Made by a program: the position numbers and the translations under genes
Notes under the pieces: generated by a model
Database searches by the model: none
What the model was told of the DNA's origin: nothing
Seen by the model: only the letters and a program-made list of their open reading frames with translations
Assembly (NCBI RefSeq): GCF_964194025.1
Contig: NC_134473.1
Span: forward strand, 21,824,001-21,888,000
DNA length: 64,000 nucleotides
Reading direction: 5' to 3'
Source of the DNA: Convolutriloba macropyga
Lineage: Eukaryota
Part shown: positions 1 through 15,181 of the stretch, piece after piece
Layout: each line of letters starts with the position of its first letter
How positions within the stretch are numbered: position 1 is the first letter of the stretch

Positions 1-2006
1 ATGCTTTATTTTTGTTTTCATTGAAATTTTTCATTTTATAGTTATCTTTTATTGCAAATGTACGAAAAAATACCGCTTTTCTTGGACAAGCAGGAAAATG
101 CGGGCTAGGTATGTACCCATCTTTGATTCTTACAATAAAATATTGTTCGGATTAAATTTTCGCAGTTTTGATAATTTTATGTTTAATATGGGAATGATTT
201 CAAATCAAAGTTAAATGAATGACAGATCTTTTTCACAACAAAATGAAACCAAAAGAATAAGTATTATTTCTTCAGTGAAAAGCTAAGAGTTTTATGGTTT
301 TGACAATGTGGTTTTCTGAACTTTAAATGATTTCTTTTTTTGCCTTCATAATTCTCTCTTTTTGCAGCTTCTTGATTTCGTCTTCCCAATCAAAGACCAC
401 TTTGAGTTTGTTGAGAGCTATTGGTGAACCATTACAATGCCTTCCTTAGTTATATTAGCCCCTTTAGGACTTTGAAAATATTTGCTTTCAGAAAAATTCA
501 TGGAAGTACTGAAGTTTGCCATTTTTGTATTTTAATTCCGTCCACATGTAGCCTAGTTTCAGCATATGCCGCGCAAATTTTCTTAACTGAAGTAAAAAAG
601 GTACTCTATGTAGGGACATTGATTTTTAGCTAATGGTTTCTTGGCTTTCTTAAACGAAATCTCTTTTACCTTTTGTGAATTTTGAATATTTGAGGCACAT
701 TGACGATAGCACCGATTGGCCCAGAAAAATTGCGCAAAAGATGTTAAAAAATTTCAGTGAATAGCTTACAGTTTTAACGGCGGCGAAAAAGTTCTCGTGC
801 AAAAAAAACGGATTTCTTTTTAAATTTTGCTTCTAATTGTTGTTCTTTTCGTTGGCGTATGGCATATTCATGGCAACAAAAGCCTGAAAAGTTTTTTTGG
901 ATATTTCAACGTATCCATTTACTGATTTTGCTTCAAAGCTAAAGTTTTTTAATGTATTTCAGATGTTTTCTTTTGAAAATCTTTTTGTTTTCCTATTTTT
1001 ACTCTTGTTTTGTCAACAAGTAACTTCTTCTCATTATTGACAGAGCGCGTTATTTTTTTATTGCTTCGAACACTATTTGCGGCGGTTGGTTATGTTCTGA
1101 TGGATGTCTTAAGAATTTAGAACAGTGTTTCTATAAGATCTTCGTGAGTTTTCGAAATTGATCAATATTTGTGGTTTTTAATTTTTGCAAAGAAAATCCA
1201 TTTAAAATCAAAGCAGACCCAAGCGGAAAAATCAATTTTTGTAAACTGAAAAGTTTCAACGGTTTTCAATATCTGATAGATTTAATGGATTCAACGCTGT
1301 CGTCTTAATTTGTTTATGAAATTAAAAGTTTTTCTGTATTTTTGGCGTCTTATGATTCGGTCTCAATAATGAAAAGCACAACTGGTTTTCTGAGCAGCTG
1401 CAAATTAATCTGTTTTTTTTTTAAGTTGAAAGCTAATAGTTTGTTTGAATTTGAAATTAATTGCTTAAAAAAAGTATGTTTTGTTTCTAAGCATTAGCTT
1501 CTTGGCCTTGTTACTACGCATTTTTATAAGAAAAGTGTGATTTTTGGACATTTGCCCACTTCTGAGTTTTTTGTTTCCCTTTCGCATTATCACATTAAAG
1601 GGGTGACCCAATTGGCGCAGCAAAAGGTGGTGCAATTGAATTTGCTTGATGTTTTTCATGAATAGCTTATGGTTTTAACGGTTGCGACACCGCTTTCCTG
1701 TTAAATTTACTTGATTTTTTGTGTTTGCCGTTCTTTTTGAAGTCTTTTGACATATTATGGAAATTGACAGGTCTCAATTCCTATTTTTTAAAAAATATTT
1801 TTTCTGAATATAGAAATCTATTTTCTTATATTATAGACACTGATTCTTGGTCGTAATTAATGTTTCTTTTTACAGCAATAATTTTTCACTGAGTTTTTTG
1901 TTAAATGATACATAAAATTTTGGAAAGTTTTCTATCTATTCTTTATTTAGTAGTTGAGCGGGGTCGGAAAATTACAGGCGAACGCACATTACCGAGCCTA
2001 CTTGTT
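1..2006 (+). mobile_element. Non-autonomous Helentron/DINE-1-like repeat, copy A (left end not resolved)
   Basis: Ends in GAGCGGGGTCGGAAA..AGGCGAACGCACATTACCGAGCCTACTTGTT (~1956-2006), the reverse complement of the ends at 4175 and 42822. Internal blocks (TATCCATTTACTGATTT, AAAATCAAAGCAGACC) recur at 11780-12450. Confidence 0.6.
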
Positions 2007-4174
2007 GTATTAAAAATACAAAATATTCGATATATTCTGAAACCAGTGGATATTTCCGCAGCTTTCTCAACAGATGCATGCTCTCGACCTAAAATTTTTA
2101 TGTAAAAAATTTATACACTATTATTGTATATAAAACAGTAAGATCTATAAATGCAAAGAAAAAAACAAAGAACCCCCCCCCAAAAAAAAAGTGTGGCTTC
2201 TAAATTGACACATATTATATATCTATGAGGTATGCTCTCAATGAAAACTATGCGCAAAAGTGCTAAGACTGAGCTTAATTTTAAGACTTAATATTTTTTT
2301 GAACTTTGACATTTCAAACTTCCATCTCTTCACTTCGTTTTAATAACGGCTAAAGAATTGCAGATAGCTTCAAAAGAAATTAAAACCTTAAATGTACCTC
2401 TTTGGTGATTAGCAATAAATAAACAAGAAAATGCATTAAATTACAATAAGCTATAAATGCGGCAGGTCATTTATCAAAATTCTTTAAGTCAAATTTCACT
2501 CTTCCATTGAGATTAAACGATTGTCGCTCCTAAATTAAAACACGAAAAGAACAAAACTAACCTTTTGACTTGACCGTGAAACTCAGATTTTCCCAGGCCA
2601 GGGAGAAGCTATGAGAGCTTCCCTCTTTCTCTGGAGAAACAGGACTCATCTCTAAAACCACCATATCCCTTATTTACAAAATCTGTGTAAAGTAAACAAA
2701 TTGTTCACTCTTTAATATTGGTTTTTCCGCGCTGTCAATGGCAATTTTTATCGTAATGAAAGGAAGCAAATTTTAAAAGGCTGTCTGATTTTGAAGTGAT
2801 TTTCAAAAAAGCAAAATCGAAATTTTCAAGGCACTATCTTAAAACAAAGCGAACAAGATTAAAGCGTGCTAAAACGTGAGGCATAACACGGTAAGGTTTT
2901 GTTTTTGTTTTTCACAAAATTGAAATCACAACAAAATTCACGTTTAAGTTGGTAAATTCATTAATGATAAGTTGAAACACAGCTTGGAAGTGCAATTATG
3001 GTAAAATGCGTGAAAAAATGAATGTGTGCTGAGGCAAATGTACTAAAATGTAAATGAACTTTGCTTTAATCACGCATTAAAAGGACAGAAAAATTAACTT
3101 ACAAAAGTTGGTTGGCTTTGACGAATCTTAATGATTTTGAGTAACTTTTACTTTCGCATGAGTAAATTTTCGTGACATGAAGCCTACTTGAAAGCTAAAA
3201 CTCAAAATTCTCTCTTGTACGGCAATTACAAAACAATGTTAAGTGCTATGGTAAATTGAAACTGTAATTCAGACAAATCTCAAATTATTTTAAATCAAAA
3301 AGTTGTATGGATCGCAACTTGAAGTGAAACTTGTTGAGTTCTAATTAAAAACGATTTTTATAGCTCCTCCGCTTTTAATTCAAGCAAGCGCACAACAAAA
3401 GCAATGATGCCACACAAATTATAGCCAAACAATTTTACGCGTGATTGTGTAGATGTTTTTAAAGTAGAGATTGAATTAAAAAAAATACCACGAGATATAG
3501 AAGGAAAAAGCTGCCGTTTTATCACGTTTCACGTTTGCATTTATTTTCACCAACAAAAATGAATTCCTTTTCCTTTTTTTTAAGTGCAGCTTAATGCCAC
3601 TGTTTGTTTTTCATGCCGAGTTTTTGCACTAAAACTGTGAGAGCTATATATTTGCACTGAATTAATAGGACGGACATTAAATTATGGATGTTATTTTCGC
3701 TTTTGAAAGCGAAAGAGTGAAACCAAAACAAATATAGGATTTAAATGATCAATCAACCAGGCTGATTTTCTTACAAAATTAAAAATCTTCATTTTTTCTC
3801 TTTCTTTCTCCTCAATTTTTTCTCAGAAACTTAAAAAACTGACAAAGTTGTTTTTATCATTGTTATTCTGTACATTTTAGAAAACGTTACTTTATTTACT
3901 TAATAATTATAATGGATTTAAAAACTATGCTCTAATAATTTAACTTGTAGAAACTCAAGAAGATTATATATCCAACTCCCAGAAAAAAGTTTAAAAGGCA
4001 ATATCAACAATTTTGTCTGTTTTACGGTGCATTCGATATGACAATTATTGCATTCTGTTTTCAACATCAATAAAGTTCCCTCATTCGTCCTTTTTCCTCG
4101 GATTTTACTAACAAATTAGGATCAATGATAAAATTTACATCAATTATAATTAAAATTGTATAGAAATAAAAACC

Positions 4175-6490
4175 AACAAGGAAGCTCTGTAAAGTGTGTT
4201 CGCACATAAAGTGCTGACCCCGCTCATCCATATTTTTTGTCCCAAATTTCTACGAAATAAAGAACAGATAGAAAACACACAAAAATTCAAGAACTTTTCA
4301 AAAAAAGGTGTATGAACAAAAAGATCGCCTCCAACATATTTAACTCGATGGAGTAATTAATGCCTCATTACATGGATGAGATCAGCCATTATTAGGAAAG
4401 CAACCAACACGAACAACAATTGGCTTATATTTTCAAAAATAATTAATTTGAAAGTAATGAAAATCATAGGATAGCTAGCAAATTAAAGAATCCAGCTTGT
4501 TTATGACCACATAACGATCCAAAAGAGGATACTTGGACCTGTCATTATTCAATTATTTGTGCGATTACAAAAAACAACACTCAAAAATTAAATTAAAACT
4601 TGCGAGAAAACGCTGTCGAAGCCGTAAAGCCATAATTTGCCATTCAATACTTGTTCAGTTGAGCCTTCCTCGGATCCCAATAATGTGGTAAGCAGCTTCT
4701 CATTAACGATGATAAGTAACAAGTAGATAAAAAAATATTAAAAAAGCGCAAAATTAAGTAATAAATTTATATTTTTTCGAGAACAATTATTTTCAAAGTC
4801 ATGAATGTTATTAGCTATAAAATAAAATAGTAAAATAGTTTCGCCTATTCCTCCAAAAGAAGCGCTTGAGACCTGTATTTTTTCAGAATATGTCTTTCGT
4901 CTATAAACGGATGGTCAAGCATAGACAGAAATCAAAATTAGTTTTCTTTTTAAAAACCCTCTCGAAGCCGGTAATTTGTACACTGCACCTTTTTTGCAAT
5001 CTATGATGTCAAATAGTGTCATATGTGATCTGTAGTTAACGAGACTAGGAAACAAATCGATATGAAACAACAAAATGCTAATTTAAGACGTGTTATTTTT
5101 TTAATTTTTGGAAACAATTGTTTTCAAAGTCATGAAAACTATCAGCCATTTACTCAAATCAGAATATAGGCTAAATTATTCCACATTAAAAAACTAATGA
5201 AAGTTTTTATTATCCAGGAAATTTCTTACGACTAAATAGACGAAGAAAAAACGACAGTTAAAGATCAATGTAAAAAAACAATTAAATTCTTCAAGAAAGG
5301 GGTGTCGAAGCTGTTAAAAACATAATCTATGCCTTTAAAGACTTTTTATGTGTAATTGTGCCTTGCTTTGAGCGCCAATATTATGATATGTCAACTGTCA
5401 ATTCTGTGATAATGTGAAAAAACGAGAAACAAAACGTGAAAAATGGACCAATGCCCAAAAATAAAAAATAACAGCGCAATCTAGTAGGATCAGGGCCAGA
5501 AAACCATAACTTATCTCGTAAAACAGCAAAATGATTAAATTTAAATTCAGTAGAGAGCAAAGAAAGTAAAAGCAATCTCTCTTCGCTGACACTAAGCTAC
5601 AAGTTGACCAAATTAAGTCAAAACGACCAAGTTTTGTCGAGTAAAGCAGCCAGATAAGTTAATTTGAACTGCTTAGGAAGTCAATTTGACCTATCGACAG
5701 TGACCTTTGATTTCAAATATTTCTTTTGTAAATGAATTTAAAAAATCAAAACTTTTTTTAAAAATAATACCTAATGTTTACGATCCGGATTATGATTATT
5801 TTTGGATTGTAACAGTGCAGGATTTTAAAAGAACGAGCCTTGCGCTTGATGTGCGTGCTTTAAGAGCGCTCAATTGTTTCGAATGTTATAGATCTAGACA
5901 ATTTGTTATTTGAAAGATCAAAATTAATTGCTGGATCTTTGAAAATCATTGAGTAAAGTTAGCAAAAAACGGCACAATTTTCACTCCAGACCACTCTCAA
6001 TGGAAGTGGAAGTAGGACTAGCTCTCTTTGTTTTTTTAAAAGATTTAATAAGTCTTTTTTCTGTGTTTTTCTGGCAAATTTAATCAAAGTGTACTAAAGA
6101 AGTTTAATTCGGGCAATTTTTGTTGAAAGGGGCAGAATTTTGATATATGTAGCCAAAAGTTTAGCCCAAAAATTGAATTAAAATACTCAACAAGACTTTT
6201 TTGACTCTAAGTGTTATTGAAAGATTTTTTACATATTTTAGCAAAATTTATGAATTTTTAGGCAAAAATTCCGGAAAATGTGAATAACAATAACGCAAAT
6301 CGGTCTATTATTCACAACAATACAAACCACAATAACTCGCTCTTGAAAACGAAAATCTTTTCTATGCCATATTCTACACTGGACGGTCTTTTTAATGATA
6401 CCACTCGCAACACTTTGTGATGAATATATCGGTCGGTACCAAAATTGACTGAAGAAAAAAAACCCATTTGAAAATATATTTCCTCCTCTC
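4175..6490 (-). mobile_element. Helentron/DINE-1-like repeat, copy B
   Basis: Begins AACAAGGAAGCTCTGTAAAGTGTGTTCGCACATAAAGTGCTGACCCCGCT and is colinear over ~2.3 kb with 42822-45338 (shared AAACGCTGTCGAAGCCGTAAAG, TTTTCAAAGTCATGAA, GAGTAAAGTTAGCAAAAAACGG, CCCATTTGA..ATAT..TCCTCC). Confidence 0.7.
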
Positions 6491-9400
6491 ACTAAATTCA
6501 CAGCTTTCAACAATAAGTTTTGAATTTAAACATAAAATTGAGTAGTTCGCTCTTATACAAACATGATTCGCGTAAGATAACAATAGTCAAGCTTGAACAT
6601 TTGGTGGATAATTAACACACATTTTCGGGCGTCGTGCAAGGTGCATTGAGCCTCATCTAAGTTGATCAACTGAAAATATCGACTAGTATTGTGTTCAATT
6701 TTATTTTGTTTATTGCCGTTTTTATTACAGATTTTTTTAAAATCCAAGGTGAATGATTAACCAATAATTTTAGTAAAATTTTTTGAGCTTCATAACCCAT
6801 TGGCACTTCTGTTTCTGAAAACTTTCTTTGTTTTTTCTTTTAGCCGTGTTTATTTCTTACTGTGATGGGCTTTCGTTATCAGGTAGGTACATCAGGCAGC
6901 CCATTGATGACCGCAATCTATATGTTGTGGTCTGCGATCTTTTCTTCTATGTTTTGTTGACGTTTAGATTTCCTGCAATTCATTATGTGGTTTCTCTCAA
7001 TATTTCTATTATACAATTTTTTGCGGAATCCAAGCACTCGGAACAAGATAATCATTACTGAAATCTGAAACAAATTACGTATTAAAGTATTAACATAGAA
7101 AGTGCAAAATTTCAATAACTGTTCCATTGTTCCAAAAATCTCTATGTTTTCGACACCGCTGAAATTGACTAATTTGTTTTCACTTATTTCTGTAATTCTT
7201 GTTTTACCTTGGCTAATAGATGCGTTAAGAACTATGTTAAAAAACAAGGCAATTTTTTTACTGAATAAAAATTGGTTAGTAATTCAAGAAAACAATTTTT
7301 ATATTTTCTGTTTTATGTTTTATTTAATTTTTCTAGTAATACAGAATTGTATTGCAATGTTCAGACTCTGATTAAATTTTTGTGATAGTCTGCTTATCCA
7401 TAGACTTTCTCTCTTCTCAAGTGTCTTCTCTGCTCTTTTTTATATTTTTTAAAATGTTAGTCAAACAATGGATCTTTGGGTGGCACACGTCCAAATCTTG
7501 TGTCAGATGTATTAATAAAATTACACTTTTTCTACGGAAGGCCTTCAAAAAATACTCTGCGATTCAGGTTTAACTCGTGCTTTTGTGCGTCTTCATAAAA
7601 ATCAAATTAAATGAAATAGTTTTTGAAGAACTTCATACCAATTTTTCCACAGTTTTTAACACTCTTTCTGTCTCTATGACTGAAAAAGTAATAAAGGCAC
7701 AATGCAGAAAAGGATTCTTCATTCGAAAAATTTAATTCCGGTTTTTTGAGATTTTTATCCGCCTATACTGCGATGGATTCTTTTGAGGTTTGGTGTTTCT
7801 GTACAAAAGCACCACAATAGGCTTCTTTACTACAAATTCCAGTTGATCAACTATAATCTCTGTTCTCAGTATTTTTGCACAGGTTTATCAACCAACTTTA
7901 CAATAAAACAAAAGCCTTTGGTAAGATTTAGCAGAAGATCTTTCTGTGAGTGTCCAATATTTCGTTGGGTTGTAGATGCACTAATGCGAGTTTGTGTGCT
8001 TTTTGAATAACTCTCAGATACGATTTGAGTCACATAGTAAGATAAAATTATAGCGAAACTACGTTTATTTTGTTAGTATTAGGCCTGACGTATCAAGCGC
8101 CGAAGCCTTTGAGTAAACTAAGTAGAGACTGTACTAGTCAAGACAGAAACCACAGACAAACGACTGTTATGCAGTTTTTCCACCGGTTTTGAGAGGAAAT
8201 ACTTGCGCATTTTTAAAATTACTAATTTTTTAACTTTTACTAATTCTTTCTGTATTTTTCTTTTTTTGTTTTTTCAAAGCTAATCAAGTTTTTCTCTTAT
8301 TCTATCTAACTCACTATGGTATTTTTTTATAGCCCATTTTTTAAATAGTTGTTATCACCGCTCCCATGTAATAATTGCAGTAACAACTCTTAAACATTAC
8401 TTCGCCAAACGTGCACTTTAGAAACTTTCCACATTTGTGGACATATGAGACGTTCTTTAGTTACATTTATCCACGTTTTGTCTAAGACTTGAATTGTGAT
8501 TTAATATGACAGTAAATTGTGGACACGAGTTACAAAGTTCCATCACAATTTTAGGCATTTAAAATTAGCACTTTTCACGAACGATGAAATAATTGTTCAA
8601 ACTTGAGCATGATTTTGGCTTTAGTCTAAATCGATTTATAACTTTACCATGCTTGCTAAATAGATGATTAGATCAACATCGCTTTGTTTTTAGCAAACAT
8701 TGATGTTAATTGGATGGACGTCTTGGAAGCATCTTAAATTGGATAGAGTTTGTGAGAAGTTATACTTTTGATTGCTTCAATAAAAATCACTCAGTGCTGA
8801 ATTTTTTTTCTTCTGACGTTGAAATGGTAAAATTTAGATGCTGTCTTTGTGGACAATGCGAACGAGGAATTTGGTTACAAATTATGTGAACAAATTTGAC
8901 TGTAATTTGTAGACAGTTAATATAAAATTTTGTCATATTGATCCACAATTGCCAAAATTTAAAAAACGTGGATGAGACGGATATTTCCTTTTATGAGCGA
9001 GTTTGAACTAGTTTTTCATTGTCAATTTTGTTCACATAAGCTTATAAACCTAATCTGTTTTGGCCCCCTCAGCTATTGTGAAAGTAACAGGCTCAGATGT
9101 TATTTTTTAACATAGTGGAGCGCTATATAACATCACATAAATCGTAATTTTGGGCATAACAAATCCTATGCGCCTGAAACTGAATAGCTCCTCTTTTAGA
9201 CTGGGACAAAATTAGTGACTATCGCAAACTTTATTATACTGGCGATGACAGACTTACGCTTTGTACATCATTTCTCGTCATTTCCAAACTTTAAAAATCG
9301 ATGAAAACTTTTTACTGAAAAGTCTACAAAACGTTTTTGAATTGTATGTAAAGAAAAATGAAATGCATTACATGAGTTTTAAGCGAACAATTCTAGATCC

Positions 9401-10371
9401 AATCCAGCTGTATGTTTATTTTCTTTTCATCTTACTATAAATTGACCCGATTACTTTGGTTTCTCGCGGCTCAGAATTTTGAAGAATTGACGAAAAAAAT
9501 GGCTGTGCTATAAGACCACATATGTCACTCATAAGTGCTTCGCTCAATTTTGAAGCATTTCAAAAATCAGAACAATATAGTGGGCTGAATTTTCAGCCAA
9601 TTAAACAGTTGAGTACCAATCATTGCCATCACAATTTGGAGGTTGTTTGAGACCAATTGATCGTAACTCTTATCACCTCCACCGACTATTCAAATGTCAT
9701 CGTCTACGTGTGCACAGAGTAGCTTTCGGCAAATTTCAAATTATTTTATGAACTCAGGTTGATACAGTAAGCTTAGTCTTAGAATTTTTGAGTTGATGAG
9801 TGACAAGTCAGCCCAGCCCATTACACTTTAAATTTGAATTTTTCTGGTTATGGCAATATTAACAAACTGGTCATTCGTTTGAGAAAAGCTACATGTGGTG
9901 GTTTTCTGCCACGCATGTTTGTGAACTTTAACACGCAAATTGTACAGATGTATAATTTGTAGCTCTTTGATGTATGAATATATGAATGTTTGCATTTTGT
10001 TTATGAATGAGTAGTCATGACGTCACGCAACCATTGAATACGAGGGATAGGGTATAAATATAGTTGTTAATAGCTAAAACTTAAATTATCAATAAAAATT
10101 CAGCATTTTAATTACAAAATTAGCGTTGTTAAAAGTACAAAACCTTGAAACTGTTCCCGATATTGTGTTTCAGCATTACGAAGAATGGGGCAAAAAAGTC
10201 AAACTCATATAAGAAAAAGACAAAATTTTAGGAAAGAAATACTCAAAATTGAGGCGGGAGAGCGTCCTTGAAAGCAATTTCGAAGGTGAATTACCCATGT
10301 TATAGGTTAAATTTACTTTGGAATTGATATTCTCAAATCTGTTAGATTTAGACATTACAGAATGCACCAAA

Positions 10372-13300
10372 ATTTTTATACCGACCCACTTGTGGGAGGA
10401 GGAAGTATATACTCAAATCGGTTTCTTTTGTTCAGACATTTTTGGCCGATTGATATATTCATCTTAGAGAGTTGAGACTGGTATCATTAGAAAGTTCGTC
10501 CAGCGTAAAACTTGAAAATTTTTTAATTTTCATGTTTTACAGGGAATTATCGATGTTAAAACTTTGAGAAACATAGAGTGAATTCCGTTGTTTTTATTCA
10601 CATTTTCCGTAATTTTTGACCAAATTTTCGTCAATTTTGCTAAAACTTGTTGATATTTTTAACAAAAATGTTATTGGTTTTACCGTTAAGGATAGAGAAG
10701 GCTCGCCAATTTGTTTTATCCGAGTTTTTTGGTTAAAATTTCTAGTAATTTTTTTTTGAATTTGAGACGTTTTTAAATCAAAGAAGGCTCCAAATTAGCT
10801 TTTGATTCCTACTTCATTTAAATTTACAGGAAGTAGAGACCTGACATCTGCTGCCAGAATCTTTGAAAACTCCAAAAAAAGATAATTGTACGTTAGGTTC
10901 CTATAGGAGTTTTCTGGAATTAAATTTTTGCCAATTTTTCAAAAAAAATAAGCCTAATAATTATAAAAACCGCTTGATTTTTATGTGGTTTACTGAAATA
11001 TTTCTTTTCTAAATTATCAATTTTGTAAAAATATAGAATAATTCATAGTTTTTTGGAAGCTGAGAAAAATCAGGACCATGTTTGAGCTCATGGATTCTCA
11101 ATTTACGGCCATTGGAAAATATGGTTTGTCTTCAGAGAAAACATCATAAATTTTTTGTTTTTTTTTCGTAAATTTTAATTGATTTCTTTTTGTTTGGGAA
11201 TCATTTGTCATTCTTTTTGTAGCCTCATGACTACGTTTTATCAGTTACACAATCCACTGGGTTCTTAAAAGACTGTAGTTGCGCCTATAAAAAGCGTTCA
11301 GTTGCATTTAATGCCTTATGACTTTGAAAAAATTTGTTTAAAGAGAATGTGAGTGAAGTTTTAATTTTTTTGTCTTTTTGAAATCTCAATTCTCATTTCT
11401 GTCTAAATGTATCTTAGTGTCAAATTATGCAGTGCAAAATATATTTCAAGACAAGGGAAAAAACCATTAACAGTTGTTTTATGATAAATACTGGTTTTTT
11501 TGGTTTTCATTCTACGAAATTTCAAAAAAAATTTGTGAATTTTTTGCATATTGTCCTGTATTTGAGGTAGTTTTTAAATCATTTTTTCAACTTTTCTACA
11601 ATTGTCATTGAAAGAATGCGCAAAAAACCTTTTTTTCTTACCTCCTTGAATAGCCGATTGTTATAACAACTGCAAAGCTGTTCTCTCGCTAAACCTATTG
11701 TAGTTTTGTCTTTGTCTGTATTTGAAGTTCTTTTCATTTTTGGCATGGCGTATTCATGTCAATCAAAAACCCAAATTGTTTCTATAGATGTTTAATATAT
11801 CCATTTACTGATTTCGGATTACAGCTAAAAATTTCAATGACTTTCTCTTAATTTTTTAATGAAAATAAATTTGTACTTCGTAATTTTTGCATACTTTCCT
11901 GTAATGGTGGTTGTTATTGGTTCTTTTTTCAACTTATCGCATTGAAAATAGTTTCAACTGGCGTTGAAGGAGTGCGCAAAGGAAACTGTATGACAGATCC
12001 GTGCTCTCTCAAAATTAACTAGAACTTTTTTTTGCCTCTGAAAGCCATTTTTTTGTTGTCGTTCGGCATATTTATGACAGTCAAAGCCTTGATTGCTGCC
12101 ACGATTGTTTAACTGAATCTATTTCCTGATTCGAGTTTAACACTAAAGGTTTTAAGGACTTTCAAAAGATTTTTTAAAGAAATTTTGTTCCTCCCAATTT
12201 CTGTTATCTTTGTTATCACCAAGAAACAAAGTCCCATTTTTGACAGAACTCGTCAGTTTTCTGTTGCTATAAACCATATTTGTTTGATGTTAGTTATGTT
12301 TTGATTAATGCCTATGGAGCTTAGAAATAAGTTTTGATAATAATTTTAAGAGTTCTTGATACTGGACAATTTTTGTGGTTCTTTTGTTCTCTTTTCCATA
12401 AAGATCTTTTACTTAGAGAATCCAGTTAAAATCAAAAGAGACCAAAGCAAAAGTTTTAAAATTTTTAATGGTTTTTAAAATGTTATTGGTAAAATGGCTT
12501 CAACACTGTTGCTTCCATAAATTGTTTCTGAAAATTTTTGAGTTCTGTCCGTATTTGCTGGTTTTTGTCGTCCTATGATTTGGTGTCAATATAAACAAAC
12601 CCAACTGGATTCCTCTGCAGTTGCAAATTATGGTTTGTTTGGACTTTAGATAACACTTTTTTAACAACTCAGAGAATTTTTCAGTTTTTTGACTCTATAT
12701 TAATTCTTTCGATTTTGTAGCTTGGTCTCTCTTTCGACCGGTTGCATCCCCTTTCCAGTCAATCACAATCCAATCTGAATTTTAGTTTTGTTTTAAACTA
12801 ATGAATTCTTGTTTTGATACTACGCACTTTCATAAGAAACGTGTTATTATTGAATTTTTGCTCATTCTGAGTTTTTTGTTTTCTCTCCATTTTTATTCAC
12901 TAATTGGGTTCCTTAAATAGCGTTGAAGAAGCGCTAAATTAGCAGTGGATCTCTTTACTAATCTCCTTGAACAGCCTGTGGTTTCAAAGGTTGCTGCACC
13001 GTGTTCTTGTTAAATTCAATTAATTGTTGCTCAGCGTTGCTGTTATTTTTGCAGTCGTCCAACATATTACGGTTAACGACAAGTCTCAATTGTTTCCTAT
13101 GACGTATAGTTAGCCTTCCTAATACGCCGAGTTGATATGAAGGTGTTTCAATAAAATTGAAATTGGTTGATTTCCAAAAGCGAATCGTATATTTGAACCT
13201 TGTCCTTTTTGCTCTTCTTTGTCGGCCTGTCACCGAGTTGCATTATTGAGAGGTCTTCGATTATCCAATGAACATCTAAAGAAGAACAGGTTGATTTGTT

Positions 13301-13850
13301 TAGATCGAGTTCTATCGAATTCCTTCCCTATTTTGTTTTTTTTTCTGTTTTTAAAATATAGTAATCGAATTTTTATCGGAATTATTGTTTGCTAATATTT
13401 GTTTTTGTATGTGTCTTTTTCAGTCCCTCAGTGATTGCAAATCTCTTCGGCTCTTATTTTATTATTTTCTGACTTATTGTTTGTTGAAAGGTTTTTGGTT
13501 TTTCTTTTTCTTTCTCTTCCTTATTTGGTAGACTATTAAACCAAATTGGAGTACTTTTAAACTGTTTTTCAATATTTGATTGATCAGATATAACTAAAAT
13601 TGAAATTGTAAGAATTGTGAACAGAAGAATTGGAGCGGACTTTGCATTCGAAAACATGGGAACGGAAGAAAAAATGCTACACTGAAAAAAAATTGGCTTT
13701 AGTTTTGACAGTGAAAAAAGACTGAATTCACAAGCAAAATTAGAGAAATATTTTTAGTTAATAATTGAGAAGAAGATTTATAAAGGCAGAAAATTGGGCC
13801 ACGTTTTCTGGAAAAATGCAGATGATGGTTCAGGTTCTTGTTTTCAAATT
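10372..13850 (+). mobile_element. Helentron/DINE-1-like repeat, copy C (right boundary approximate)
   Basis: Starts TTTTTATACCGACCCACTTGTGGGAGGAGGAAGTATATACTCAAAT, the reverse complement of the end of the 42822-45338 copy. Internal similarity to 400-1900. Confidence 0.55.
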
Positions 13851-14847
13851 AAATCACTCAAATTTATCAGGTACAAATTTAAGCAAAATCAAGTGTCTGA
13901 ATAAAAAACAATGACTTTTTTAATGTTAGAGAATTAAACTTGCCAAGAGGATCTAGCATTAAAAGTTGTTGAATATTGGAAGACCAAACCGATTGAGGGC
14001 CCAGTGCTGTTAAAATGTTTCAAAATTTTTTAAAAAAAACAGCTGTTTAATTGAAATTTTTTATGTAAACAACTGAATCGTACAATAGAAAACAGAGGTT
14101 TTTAGGAAAAACATTGGCATAGAGATTTTTTCGATGAAAATGGATCGTTTGAAAAAAGAAGCATCTGAAATGGAGCATCTGGATCATACCCATCCCAAGA
14201 AAACTCGTTGTTCCTGGTATCCGCTTTACATCAAAAGTAAGCTATTAGAGCTTCGAAAAATATTGTTTCAACAAAAAGTGCAACGAGTTCTTTCCGTTCT
14301 AATTAAGTATGTAAATTCCATTTTAAAGAAACGATGCTTGCATATATTGCTACCTCATTAGAGAAAAAGTTACTTAAAAACTCACACCTTAAAAATATAA
14401 ACTGAACAGAATACTACTACTACCGACGTGTTACCGATGGTGAAAACCCTCCAAAAGACGTAAGGATTTACCGAACTTCCCTATCATTGTTATTCTTGAG
14501 GAAATTTTAAAAAGATTATGCAAAAAACAGGCCTTACTTTATCATAAGGGAAAGAAAATGCACACATAGATAGATCAGACGAGTAACCATAAGTGCAATT
14601 TAAAAGTAAATAAAAGCATGTATGTTGCTGCATGAGATTCGTGAGCATGTAAAGTGAGTTTTTCTTAATCCGGAAACTAACGCAACAATTTTGTCAACGG
14701 AGTTCCGGTACTTTTAGCAAATAGGTACCTAAGTATGTTACCTAATTGCTACAAACAGTGATCAAACTCGTACGCCCATTAATGCTCTTATGCGTTGCGT
14801 CTATATGTTCTAATCGAAACGACACGTTACTTACTGCTGATAAAATT

Positions 14848-15181
14848 TGACAACGTTGAGTACCTTTATGCAAAAGAAAATGCCGAGAGAGTGGAGAGGG
14901 AGAGAAACGATCAGACAGAGCAGTTGGAAATATTTGTTATTTATTAAGTGCTTTGTTAAGGAACGGAGTTGCTTGGTTGGAATTACTAAATCTGTAAAGT
15001 TAACAAACAAAATATGGAGAAGGTCCTAAAAGTCTGGCCGATAGCAGATCTACTGGGTGGCAGAAATTGATGGAATCTTTTTTTTCTATAGTCAAGCGGT
15101 TGATTATCTGAATCTGATACTGATAGATATAGATTGGTCGAATAGACCTGGATGAAGTGAGGGTCTTAATTTAGCGTTACA
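14848..15181 (-). mobile_element. Probable solo LTR (~334 bp)
   Basis: The minus strand reads TGTAACGC...CGTTGTCA (TG..CA ends, imperfect terminal inverted repeat), with an internal AATAAA and a CT-rich U5-like tail. No exact adjacent TSD. Confidence 0.45.

Noticed and set aside
8400-9300. Possible hAT transposase remnant
   Set aside because: Only faint motif resemblance; not supportable without a search.
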